Of a stretch of DNA of 64,000 bases, positions 37,338-53,893 are shown piece by piece. Position 1 is the first letter of the stretch. The number at the start of each line of letters is the position of its first letter. Location: assembly GCA_964035545.1 (NCBI GenBank), contig OZ037773.1:1-64000 (forward strand), in the 5' to 3' direction. Under the pieces are notes generated by a model that searched no databases, was not told the DNA's origin, and worked only from the letters and a program-made list of their open reading frames with translations. Source of the DNA: Bugula neritina. Lineage: Eukaryota > Animalia > Bryozoa. A program made the translations under genes and the position numbers.

Positions 37338-38889
37338 TCAAAAGGTATGATTTTGTTATCTATTGCTAGAATTATAATAAATTATTATAAAATGTAATCG
37401 GTACTAAGAAACCGAGTCATACATTGCATAAAAAGTAGTTGCAGCAAATACAAACTGCCACTGTGTAAAAAAAAGGGCGTGGAGTTGCTAAATGGCAATT
37501 GTGACTGGATACCTTTCTCAGTATCACCAGCAGTATTTGCTGGGATTAGTAGCAGCAAATAGTTACTTATCACTCTTTGTATAGGCTGATCCACCAGAAA
37601 ATCTATAATAAATATTAACACAAAAACTGACATATTGTAGTAAATTTATGCTATTCACTAATTATGCAGGTATATAAGATTAAAGCTGAAAACTGCCAAC
37701 ATAGAGTATTGATAGCCTTTATTTAGTAAGAATTATACATGAGTTAAATACAGTACACAAGTGTGTAGAATTACATAACTTGACAAATAAGAAGCATGCA
37801 ACCTAACTATTCAAGCGTTACTATTCAACTGCTGATGCATGCTGCTTATGATCTCACATTATTAGCTCCACCCCAAAGCATTAGCTGCAGCTACTGATGC
37901 AGGTTGCTAATGATTGTATGATCATTAGCTCCATTCTAATTGGTTGATCCCATTCATTTTTCACAGAAGTAGCGTAACAATGTAGGCAGTACTAGGCCGA
38001 GTGTAGCTTAGCGTATCCAAGACATGAGAGCAGTGGAGTAATTATAAGAGTTGCCCTTCCGATATACCATAAATCACCACAATATATAACACCTCAGCAA
38101 CAATAGAAGGATGACGAACTGTAGAAAACAAACAATATTCAATTGCCTACCATCATAGATTATCTACTTGGCTTATACTGTTCAACTAGCCTGCCTTTGA
38201 GTTTTGAGTAATATCTATACCACAGCAATTGGGCAAATGTGATTGGTCACTTGAGTTTCACTCATTTCGATCAAGTGGCATAATTTTAAGATTGGAAAAT
38301 CTTATTAGTGTGGCCTTAATCCAACCTATTTTGTCCCATTCAGTTTCGGATTGTCAAGATTTTATTGTCTCTTTGATCTCATTTCAGTATCCTGATTATT
38401 AATATCTACTGAACTTCTTTATAAGTATTCCTCCACTTTTGACAGCAACTTTTCAGTTCAGTCACTTCTATTTTTATGTGCAATGTTTGTATTTGATTTG
38501 AAATTAAACTAATTGATAATACAGTCAAATTTTTTACTCAAACTATCATGATCTTTAGTTGATTAAATTTGCTTTTATCAACTTTTTAACAGTATTGTTT
38601 TCACTGGTCCAGCTGGCTCCATTCAAATGTAACCATGTAACATTAGGCTTCAAACTTTTCAACCAGCTCAACTCTACACTGCGTTTTCATGACTGCTCAT
38701 TAAGTGAATGAATGCCCTTACAGATTATTTATGGTTTGCATTAACTTATAGTTGGAGTTTTATTCAATGCAACTATTTCTCTTGGCCAATTTTTTTATGG
38801 AGCCTGTGCACAAAATTTATTATTAAGCAATTGTTTCTGATTGGTCTGTGTGTTACATTAGTTTAAAATAACATTATTGTCATTTGCAG

Positions 38890-39242
38890 AAAACAAACTC
38901 CAAAATAATGAGAATACAGGAGACCCCAAAAGAACGAGATGAGACTTTCACTGTCTTTTTGCAGATACATTAGCTGTTGATAAAATCTCACTCATTTTCA
39001 CTGAAGAAACAAAATAGATATTGGGTGTGTTGACGTTCTCTCCCCTAACTGCCAAATTTCTCTGTACTATGAAATGCATTTGGAATTTGAAGTTTTTACT
39101 CTGTAGATTATTTCACTATTGAAACTATTTGTTTTTTATGATTGTGATTTGCTTCATGTTTTTTTCCTTGTTTCATTGCATGTATTGTTCAAAATGACCA
39201 CAATATCATTTTACACCCTGTACCAAAATAATGATCAATAAA
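38890..39242 (+). other. Terminal exon of the Ig gene (in-frame vestigial tail ENKLQNNENTGDPKRTR*, 3'UTR, AATAAA 39237-42)
   Basis: Donor GTATGA at 37345 and acceptor tttgcag at 38889 are phase-compatible; TGA at 38940-42. Confidence 0.6.
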
Positions 39243-39979
39243 TTGTTAACAGTTTTATGCATACCTTGATGCAGATACTTTTATTTGAAACTCATGAAAC
39301 GTACCTCCCAAATTTAAAGTTGAAATCATACAATTGATCAGTGAAATCCATGTTGAACAAGGTTTCCAACAATATCTAAGGAATGCTTTGCAGTGTCGAA
39401 CAAAAATTTAAAAATATATAATATAAAAATATAAATAAATTTTGTAATTTATTTTGAATAACTGAATTAGTTTTGAATCAATTTAAATTAAACTTCTAAT
39501 TTAGTCAGATTGGTCAGTTAAAATGAAGCGAAGTTATTTATTGGCTTTTAGTTTCAGAATTTCTATATGATTTGCAGTTGATAATTAAAGATAAGAGTTA
39601 TCTTTGCTCGACAAATATTATGGTTTGGAAATCATGTAGTAATGTGTATGTGTGGATCTACGTGTATTGTGTAATGGTTAGCACTCAGGTTAATATTCTG
39701 TGAGACAAATTTGGGATTTGCTCCCCCAGAAGAATTGAAATTATAATATAGATATGTTTGTATAATATGTATATCTATTTGATGATAATAACAAAGCAAG
39801 CAAAAATCACAATAACAAAATACTACAAGAATGAACCAAACCAAAACAAAGATTATCCTAGCGATCCTTTGAAATCTTGCTGTGTTATACTAGCAAACAT
39901 AAATTGATAAGTCTGACAATTGGGGTAGAAAAGTTATACAAATTAAATATACGATGAGAATTGCAGTTAGAACATCAAC

Positions 39980-41600
39980 ATTAAAATATTTCTTCCAACA
40001 TAAATTTATGCAGCCTTGAAATAAATTCCTCAGTATAAATTTGTGCAGCTTTAGAGTTCAAATATTTTCTCAATCCAAATATTTCTCAATTATGAATTTG
40101 TGCAGCTTTAGAATTCAAATATTTTCTCAATCCAAATAGTAAATTTGTGCAGCTTTAGAATAAAATTTCTAATTCAAATATTTTTTTCAAGTAAACTTAT
40201 ACTGTTTCAAAATAAATCAAATCAACAATTTTCCTTCAAAAAATTTATGCTGCTAAAAAAAAATTAATAGATCAATTCAAACAAAATTCCCTCAAACAAG
40301 TTTGTGCTGCTTTTAAAAGAAAACAAATACACTTGTTAGTTCAAATAATAAAAGAGGTTACGATATTCTTAAACATAAAGTTGTAACATTATAACTTACT
40401 GTAATCAATCTATATTATCAATATTTATATCAGTTAGTCAGCTTTTCCTGCCGTTCCTTCTAATACTTAATATATTTGTTACTGCTGCTATATTTCCTAT
40501 GCTCCAATTGTCTTTAGCTGCCTTTATCTTCTATAATATTTTCATTCTTCGTTTATCATTCATCCATACATCTTATTTTCAGAAATTCGGCTCCTTTTAT
40601 ACTAAATCTTCTTGGCAACTGTTCAGATTTTAAGGATACCGACAATAACTGGCCAATGAAAACCGGTTGAACTTGGTTAGGTATGTTGGCAGCTTTACAG
40701 CCAAGATAGGGATTGCCGAAAGAAGGATCTATTATTGCTGGCTCATCTTCTGTATATTGTAGGCTTATATCATCATTAATTGTATAGTAATTCTTAATCT
40801 AAAGAATAACATTTAAAACTTATAATGTGATAAAATGTATCAGCCAATGCTCACGTGTTGACCTTTGTAACGGGATGATCAATGTCAAATAATTTATTAA
40901 GCATTTAAAACATTATATCATCTATATGTTGATGTAAACAAATATTTACACATATACATATGTGTATCTCTATTTATGAACAGCATCTGTTATATGTTTC
41001 AGCTTTTTATTCATTCCCATTTGTTCATCAATTAGTGTTTTGCTTTAAGTCAATATTACAAATTTCAACACGTAATCATGGCATGTGGTGCTATCCTAAC
41101 ACACAATTACTTATCTAAAAGCCACATTACTAAATAATACTATTTGCATTATCTAAAGAAGCTATAAAACCATGTGTCATATATATTAATTAATGCATTA
41201 AGCAATTTCTATGCAAGACCAAATATCTAACTTACTCAAAACTTGTACATTTGAACTTTTAACTTCACTCAATTACTGGGCCTCATGCATCATATAACTT
41301 TTGAATGTACTTTATATTCTTTCTTGAATGTTGTAGATAAACTGTAGTTTACATACCGTGAGGGAGCAGATATAAGAATTTATAATTGCATCAACCTGTT
41401 GCAGCAGCCATCTTACTGGAAATCTCAAACAAACCTCAGCATCGCCAAAGCCATATTTTAGCGAGCTGACAGAATATCTCAGAGACATAACTTGTAAAGT
41501 ACAGAAGTAAGAATTAAACACAAAGGACAGTATATGTATAATTATGCCTTCCATCAAGGATATCGCTTTTTTAAAGAATTTTCTGAAAATAATGATACAT
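39980..41600. repeat. Duplicated block (paralogue 45680-47055) beginning with ~40-bp aaatttgtgcagcttt repeats
   Basis: Colinear similarity between the two blocks. Confidence 0.8.
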
Positions 41601-42324
41601 ATATTAACACTTCAGCTTAACAACTTATGACATAACTAATAGAAATTCTACTTCTAACTTCATTGAAAATATTCCCACAGTTCTGGCAAGCTTCATAGCA
41701 ATGAGGCTATTTGATATTTCTATTATTTACATTAGCAAACAATTTTCAGTCTTAATGTAGGTCTTAATGAAGATGCAACTGCCTTAACATTTCCGATCTC
41801 ATAAAATAAGCATTTTCTCCATCTTGATGTCGGTCCTTATAAGGATGCAAACCTCCTAATAAGGGTGCAACCGTTTTATCGTTTCCTTTTCCGTCAATAA
41901 AATAAATGTTTGCTACGTAGAAAACTATTTCTATATACCTGGTAAATTATTTTGCAAAGCCATGCTGGAGTCTACCCTAGTAAATTATTTTTGCAAAGCC
42001 ATGATACAGTTTGAGTTTCTTCCCCACTGCTTTACTAAAACGTTTGAGCTATGCACATATATTTAAACCATTAGTTCCAATCATAATCACTATTAGCATA
42101 TCATTCTGTAAATACATCAAGTTGCTGTGCAGTATCTACTCTGCAAAAATATAAAGTACTGTGTATTCTCTGATCTGACAGCAGATTTGAGAGATGTTCC
42201 AAACAATATAGCATACTGAAAATTAGCAAAGATCACAACAACTAAAATTGCTGTCATTAAAATAATAATAATAATTAATTTGTACAAATATATAAACAGA
42301 TTAATACAGTTGATAGAAGTTATT

Positions 42325-42665
42325 GCAGTAAGTGTGTTTGGTACTAATATATATATATAGTTCACAAAACTGTTGTTGAGCTTTTTATCAAAATAAAACT
42401 AAATTATTTATACAGAACAATCAATCCAAGAAAGAATAAAAAAGTTTATCAAAAACCCAACAAACAGTAACAGGAAACAAAACAAAAAGTAGTTGTATAA
42501 TTGAAGATGAAAAAAAATCCAACTAAGTTATACATTGCATGCAGATAAACTAGTTTATTAAAAAAATGTAGTGAGGTTATAAAATTTTTCAAACCCACCC
42601 ACCCCTCACTGGGGTTGGAACCTGAGAACCCCATTTCTCAAGCAAGTGCTAACCAGTACACCACA
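42325..42665 (-). mobile_element. Possible tRNA-derived SINE (also ~19200-19540)
   Basis: Minus strand TGGTGTACTGGTTAGCAC (A-box-like) ... GGTTCCAACCC (B-box-like). Confidence 0.4.
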
Positions 42666-43603
42666 TGTATGACTGGGTAGTCTCATCACCGTACATGCAT
42701 ATGTATATACACATACACAGAATGATTCAAGCGTAAATCTCTTTGAAATGGCAATAATTTTATGCATCCATCTCACTAAAAGTATGAAGTTGATGATTAT
42801 CTCCTCACATTTCAATGATATTTTAGTTGCAGGCTACTGTTTGACTGCAAACTATTCTTGAATAAACTTACCTGCAGTAATCAGCCTCTGCACTTCTTCA
42901 TGCATAACAGCTTGAACTTCTGCTTCTTTCCATTTCTTGAACCTCGATTAAAGGTTTTTTTTGCTAACCAACAATGCTACTAAAAACACCCACAATACCT
43001 TTACAGACGACTACTTCTTGTACGAATAAAAAACTCAATGCTTGTTGCCTGTACTCAAAATAAAACTTTGAACTCTATTATTCAAGAAAAAAAATAAAAA
43101 ACCTTAACAAATTTATTCAATGAAATCCATAATCCTGCTAAATTAACAATTGTTTTTGCCAGAGACAGATATTGTAATGGTTAGAAGAAGTATACCTTCC
43201 AGTACCTCCTGCTAAACATGACTATAGATTATGGTGAAGCTACCGTCAAGGACGACAAATTTGCAAACCCTTGCTGCATGTCTATGCGGTGCCCTATTAG
43301 TAACTATGGATGACACCGCCGGAATCTGCGTCATCCAATCGGGATCCATTCTGTGTATATAAGCAATACCTTCCATCGCCCACAGCAGTCTCTATATCCA
43401 CTCCTTCTATATACTCTATACACCCCTTCCATACACACTCTCTCTTGATATATATAGAGAGAAAAAGTGTATGGAAAGAGTGTATAGAGTATATAGAAGG
43501 AGAGGATATAGAGAGCAGGAGATGAGTGGATAGAGAGTGTGTGTAAGGGGAGAGTGTATGGAAGAATACAGAGTAAATGTTCAACCGGGAATTCAGGACA
43601 TAT

Positions 43604-44684
43604 TGTAGTGGATTTTGGGCTATCTATATTATTATTTCCCTGTCGTACAGTTATATTCACACATTGTCAATGGCTATGTAATTAACCCGCTATGGTTAGT
43701 AGTTAGTGGGTAGTTATCATTCGTAACCCTCTAATGTCACGTAGGTAGTTTACTAATGTCACGTAGGTAGTTTACTAATGTCACATAGATAGTTTGCTAA
43801 TGTCACCCCATCGGCAATGGAACACTGCTGGCAGCTATGACCATGGACTGTACTGTAATGGGTATGAATGATCATTATAATAGGCTGCTAGTACTAGTAG
43901 TTAATATCCAGCTTGACTGATAACTATTATTAGAGAGTGCGTATGCTGTCTGTTAGCTACGTACTAGGAATCACTATGCTTGCCTAGCTTGACTGCATCA
44001 CCATCGTCAGAGAGAACGTATATTGTTCCGTACTAGTTACGCTATGGCTATTTACTTAGCTGGACTCACTCATCAATACATCAGTTAACTATATGATAAC
44101 ATTTCTTTGTGCCGTACAGCACCCTGTGAAATGCAGCACTCCCCGCGGACCGCCGGAACCTATGGACCAATCACCATCAAGCCAGCTGTGGCTGTAATGA
44201 CTAATGCTTGTAGTCATCTGGGCGAGTTTGGGGATTTTCCATCATCAAGCGACAGCTATGCATCAGCTTACCCGGATGAATCTAGAACGTTTCAAGCTTC
44301 CGTTTAGATGAGCATGTGGATGGACGATGATTGGCTGGCTGACCCCGCAGTGTTATTCATAAGCTTAGGCTTATTGGTCAGCCTGTAAATGGGCGCATCT
44401 CAGTATATAAGGTGACCACGCCAGCCCAGCGAGTCAGAGGGTAGTTAGTTACTGTTGTGTTCTTAGATTGTGTACTGTTATTTTGCTACTTGTAATTATG
44501 CTTTTGTTTGGATAATAATAAAGGAAGTAGGTTTGGTCTCTATAATAGACCAACCTACGATTATGCCTACTTACAGAATACTCTCGCATCTTTCTTCCGA
44601 ATAATAACATTAAATTACGTGATTGCATTGGTTCTTCTCAATAACCCACAAAGTAGAATTTACATACTCCGAAATTCCACAACA
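43604..44684 (+). mobile_element. Long solo LTR (~1.08 kb)
   Basis: TGTAGTGGATTT..AAATTCCACAACA terminal inverted repeat; TSD ATAT at 43600-03 and 44685-88; TATATAA ~44404; AATAAA ~44517. Confidence 0.75.
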
Positions 44685-45679
44685 ATATAGTATAGCCATA
44701 CAGACACCATGTTATAAAAGTTCTATAATTAATGCATTAAATAACACTAAAATTATTCAAAGGTACAAATTACAATTTTTAATGGAAACTAAATTTAGGT
44801 TGTATTATACTGATATACCATAATTTATGAAAACGTGCTATAACAATTATAATCTCTACAATGTCGATTATCTGTGAGATTTCTTAGTGACTTTTTATGA
44901 GTAGTTTGTTTTTGCTTATTGCAACCCAATGGCAAGTTAAAACTTTCTAGTAGGTAGTATTGCAAATATTTTTCCTTTGCGCATTTGTCACATGTGCATC
45001 AGTCTCTAATAGTGAAGACAACTCTAAATTGTTTTGTTGCTCTTGTAAACATGAGAATTGTTTACCGAATGAAATAGCTTGTCATTTCTCTCTACTTTGA
45101 AAACCCCAGGGTCTCCTGCTAACTGCAGTGTGATATATTTCTTTCAACTCTGTAGTTTATATTGCTTTACAGCTTATCTGGTACTTAGTAACGTCAGTCA
45201 GCATTTGGAACCTCTGCTTTTCAGTATTTATGCCTACTTGGCAAGCAATTTTACCATCTTTTAAACTATTTTAATCTGTTAATCACATTATTTTATTGTA
45301 ATTTATATAGTTGTATGCCAATACTATTGTTATAGAGAAATTACAGAAAAGCAAGATAAGACTTGAAGTCATCTTCTCTCTGAGCCAAGAGGTCATTTAG
45401 ATTAATATGGTAAGCACTTTAGCCAATTGACTTACAGAAATGAGATGACATTTTAAAACAAATTTTCAAAACTAGATTAATTTTTACACGTTGTAGTCAT
45501 ATAAACTTAGGTTACTTCTTGCTATAATAGATTGAAGAGAAAATATTTACTTTAGTAAATCTGTGTTATTAGCTTTACCCCTAGTTTGCTATCAGTTTAT
45601 CTACCTACCTCCATTTACACATGAGCACATAAAACTGCATCTTCAGCTGTTTTAAGACTGACTTGTGGTTACACACAGA

Positions 45680-47159
<1,480 letters not shown>

Positions 47160-47493
47160 TTAGTAATATGGTATTGTACAAGTAATTGTGGTATAGGGAT
47201 AATTTTACATACATGTTTTGTTCACGTGTTGGGATTTGTAATATTAACCTCGTCTTACATGAACATTATAAATTGGTAAACAAACATGAATAAAATTGGG
47301 ACGTACATGATTATTCAGTCATACTAACATATAGATGACATTTAACGTTAATTATATACTTGATGAATTATACGGATTTGATATAACCTGGTGTTTTACT
47401 TCACTTATAAAATCTAATATCTACAAAGTCAACACGTGAACAACTAATACATATTATTATATTTTTTTGTTATAAAACATATATTTCAGGCTA

Positions 47494-48102
47494 TGAGTTA
47501 AGGTAGAATTAATGCTGGTATAACTTATGAGTCTTAGAGATCCTGATATGGTCAATACCGGGATGGTGTCGTCAACAATTCCTCACGTTAGCAGTTAGCA
47601 CACCGTTTGACTTGAGCCTGCGGGCCAACCAGCAACTTACTTGGTGAGACTCATCGCCCATACCTCAGAAATCCAAAACAACCCGACTATAAAAGGCAGC
47701 ACAGAAGCAGCAACAGCATATTCATGATAAGAGGAGCGATCAACAATCAGAAGAGCCGTTAATAATCGAAGGAGTCAAAGTGTATTTAGTTTTGTGTGAA
47801 ATAATTTAGAACATATTTAATTGAATTAAATCTAATCAATTTCGGACTGAGAAGTTCCATTGTAAGTAACTTGATTTATTTTTCTTATGATGTACTAATT
47901 TTTATTATTGTTTGTTTGATTACTGTATAACTTGTACTTGGAGAAGCTATCATTGAATTGAAAAAATTTACTTTGAAGTTGCATAAATTACATTTGAAGG
48001 AATATTGTTGACATTGGGAATTTACTTAGTTACGTAGGTTGTTTGAGGAAACTGTCTTGGAATTGTTTGATCTTTTAAGTTACACCAAATTTAGGTTTAA
48101 CA
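47494..48102 (+). mobile_element. Possible solo LTR of another family
   Basis: TG..CA ends, flanks ggcta/ggctt, internal CTATAAAAGG (~47687); boundaries are weak. Confidence 0.3.
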
Positions 48103-48169
48103 GGCTTATCAATTTTTGTTGCCAGTATATTATACGCAGCCGGACTTCAAAGGGTCGCTAGGATATATA

Positions 48170-48340
<171 letters not shown>

Positions 48341-49037
48341 TTATTTTATTTCTTTTGGGTTTGGTTATTATAATAATTTTTCTTGTTTTATAATTTTTGT
48401 TTCCATATTATTATCAAATAGATATTTTAAAACGCATGCAAAATCCAGAGTTTTATTCATTTCCGGAGAGGCAGGTCCTAAATTTGTCTTACGAAATTTA
48501 TAACCTGAGTGCTACCGTTACACAATACACATAGAACCACACATAATGTTTATACATAAATAATATTGCCAAACCAAACCATTAATAAATATTTGTCGAG
48601 CGGAGATAACTCCTCTGATTACCTCTGCATACCACCTACATTTTTATTCTACAGTTATTGGATTGCAGACATTAATTTCAAAGCAAAATTATCAAATAAT
48701 ATTTAACTTGTTAATTGTCTCCTCTTGAATCAATTATTAGGCGAAAATTTATTTTCATTCAAGTAATATGAATATAAATATATATATACATATTTAAATA
48801 AGTTTATAAACTATTAAAGTTATTGTTATACAAATATTATTTTAAAAATATTTTTCGTTCCACACTTTTAAGCTATACATATGTATTCAAACCATTAGTT
48901 CCAATCACAGTCACTATTAGCACATCATTCTGTAAATACATCAAGTTGCTGCGCAGTATCTACTCTGCAAAATACAAATTACTGTGTGTTCTTTGATCTG
49001 ACAATATTAAATTATATTGTTATTGATGCGATGAAAC

Positions 49038-51085
<2,048 letters not shown>

Positions 51086-51971
51086 GATGAAACTTGTATT
51101 GCAAGCGCGCTACTATGCTACTCGCTGTAAGTTCAGTCTGCAACGAACATCCGGGCTGCCAAAGCGTAAAGCCACAGCCAATGGGCGAGGGCGTGCTGCT
51201 ATCTAATTATTGAATTGACTACTAGCAGTCGTTGCGTAGGCGGGAATCAAACGATGCGATAACTTAGTTGAATGAAACGTTATGCTAAACGCAACACTGA
51301 ATGCCTGATCAACTATTAGGTATTCATCACACATTGGTAATTTTACTACTGGAATTAATTATTGTAAGTGCTAACTTGACAGTTGGTGACTATGTTTAGT
51401 TGTCGATTGGTGTGTTGCAGTAGTGTAGTAGTAGTACGTAGAAACTGTCATAAAAAACGTCAACGTATACACATTTATCACTACTTTAAATTTGAATAAG
51501 AGTTGAAATGTTGTTCATCAAATTCAATTTTGAGGACAAACGGTATTTTGATTTAAATTCAATGATAATACTAAATCTAATTGATTTTCATTTTTTTCGA
51601 ATTTGATATTTAAATTTCAATCATCATCATATTTAAGTTTATATTTATATTTATTATCCATTATGATTATCATTATGATTGTCATTATGATCATCATTTG
51701 AATAGTAATGAATCATGATATAAATAACATTAACTGATTACATTTACTGATCAAACAGCAAATGTTGTAAATGTAACAAGTACAACTACAAGTGCTAACC
51801 CTGGTCTAATAGTAATATAAGTTTTCACTAGAGGCTTCCCTCTCTATAGGTATAGGCATTTTAGTTGCTGCGGAAGTGCTACGTCAACTGAGATAATAAT
51901 AAACTGTAGCAATGCTGTTATGATTTTTGTTATCATTATGATTAACTAAGTGATTATCATTAATGACCATG

Positions 51972-52277
51972 TGTTATGTTTTTCAGTTTTAGGGTTGATA
52001 TGCTATCCAGAGAGTCTATTTATCTAGTATAGAACTGCACCAGGCTAAGTCGAGTGAACGAGTATATTTTATACACAACTATACATTATAAAAACACGAT
52101 ACATTATTTCTAACAAGTTACACATCTAATCTATTTCACACTCTAGCTTCGACTGAGTTAGCAGCGGGAAACTACAATTGCTGCTAACTATCAACTACGC
52201 TAATTGGCTATCCATTGTTCCGGGTCAATTACGCGACCCCACATGTTGTGCTGCTGGTAGTTCCACGAACCACCACA
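51972..52277 (-). repeat. E3 3' LTR
   Basis: Preceded on the minus strand by PPT GGTGGGGGCGG (52278-88). Confidence 0.95.
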
Positions 52278-52563
52278 CCGCCCCCACCAGCAGAAAGCCA
52301 TCTTTCTGATATATATAAAAAAAACATTCAATAGTAATTGTATACATCAGTGGACAAAAAAAATACATAATATACAGGAAGAGACATAATAATAGACAGA
52401 GTCATGGTAGCGATCCGTTGCATACAATTGGCCAGCTGTAGATAGACGAGGAATACTAGCTAGCTGTGGTAGTAGACAAGGATTAACCTGTCTAGCAGTT
52501 AAGCATTTGCACGAGTTTGGTTCCTCACCAAATGTGGAGTTGCGGAGTATTCTGGGTAGCATA

Positions 52564-53640
52564 CTAGAGTCCTTGTTGGGCACGCCGGTGCTTGGCTTGG
52601 CATGTACGCAGTTTCCGTTTCATACGGCATACGGATCCCTTCAGCTGGAAGAGTCCTGTGGTAGTGTTAAGTAGATCTGGTGCCAGCTGGGTGAACTCTT
52701 CTTGTAGTCGTAGGAGGCGTTCTTCTACTGTAGCTAGTCGTACTGGGTCTGGGGACGGTGTCCGTCTGCGGCGTAAGGGTGGACTGGGGGACCTGGTCCG
52801 TCTCTTCGCCGGGGTAGGGGAGATCTCTCCTTCTTCTGGATATGTAGTTTCCTCGGGGGTGTATGTAATTGGAGGGCGGTCAGACACCAACGGAGATTGT
52901 TGTCGGGCGTTGTCTAACACACGTTGGAACCCCGAGGATAGAACTGCTAATAGCATGGCCTTCTTTACCAGAGGTCGTATATATGTGAGGAACTCCGGGT
53001 ACAGCTTAGCGTCGACCACATAGTTTTCTCCAGGGAAACAGCCCGCCGCTCTGTGTCTGGTGACGGGGTAGGGATACACATCATTGTACCCGCAGGGGCA
53101 GAAGGTCAGTAGGAGATGAGCATTGACGTGTAGTTTAAGGGAGCGGTGGGAGGCGCAATCTTCACCACAGATCTGGCATCTCGTCCGTCCTCTGGACCCC
53201 CAGGCTGTTTCTATTTCTTCTTCGGTTTGTGGAGACACCCACCGCCAACGGCGGCGTAGTGGCTCAGGCCGGTCACCACTAGCATAGTCCTCCGGATACG
53301 GAGCGGGAAGTGTTCTATCCCGTACCCTGGTTGTAGCGGGTCGAGTGTAATCTGAAAAAGTTTCAACAGTGTTAGTACAGTACACTGCTGTGTTGTCAGC
53401 TTGAACAGCTTGGCAACTCCTAATTCAGTTACCTCGTAGAGATTAATGATAGTGAATAGTCAGATAGAACCGTATTGCAATGAGATTATAAAAATCTCTA
53501 AGTCAAACTGAGTTCTTACTACGGTATTTCACTAACCTATCTCCAGCTCGATTGACTCAGTGAGTCAGAGCTGAGCGATGCAATCTAGTTTCGTATTAAG
53601 ATATAGTTAACTCACCCCACGATCTGTTGTCGTAAGACAT
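52564..53640 (-). CDS. E3 spliced accessory protein (270 aa): C2H2 + atypical finger, basic/SP region, coiled coil; exons 53640-53616 and 53351-52564
   Basis: ATGTCTTACGACAACAGATCGTGGG|GTGAGT; TACTAAC branch point (53371-77); TTTTCAG|AT. The spliced 813 nt are open; the unspliced frame has a stop. Confidence 0.8.
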
Positions 53641-53893
53641 ACTGAATATGTGAAATGGTTTGAACTACTGCTTAGAAACACGTCTACTCTTGACTACATC
53701 AGCGTATGAAAAGATCGAGCAACGTGGTTGGGGTGCGTGATTAAGACTTTGTGCACCCGGCGGATGAATTTTGTTTCTACTTCCGTCGATACAAAAGTTG
53801 ATATTTCCGTGGTGTTGACAACTCCCACATTTGCTCGATTCTTTTCTCGTACGGTTTTCCCCTAGACTTTCATGTGTGCCGCTTTTAACGCAG

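Noticed and set aside
39655-39730. tRNA gene candidates (also 48470-48540 and 42600-42665)
   Set aside because: Only degenerate A/B-box-like motifs with no complete cloverleaf; more likely SINE heads.
43173-43603. Alternative LTR start at ATAT|TGTAATGG
   Set aside because: 43604 gives a much better terminal inverted repeat with the 44684 end; a nested older LTR is not excluded.
52564-53385. Third ORF as an env gene
   Set aside because: No signal peptide, fusion-protein layout or TM anchor; it has zinc fingers and a basic region instead.
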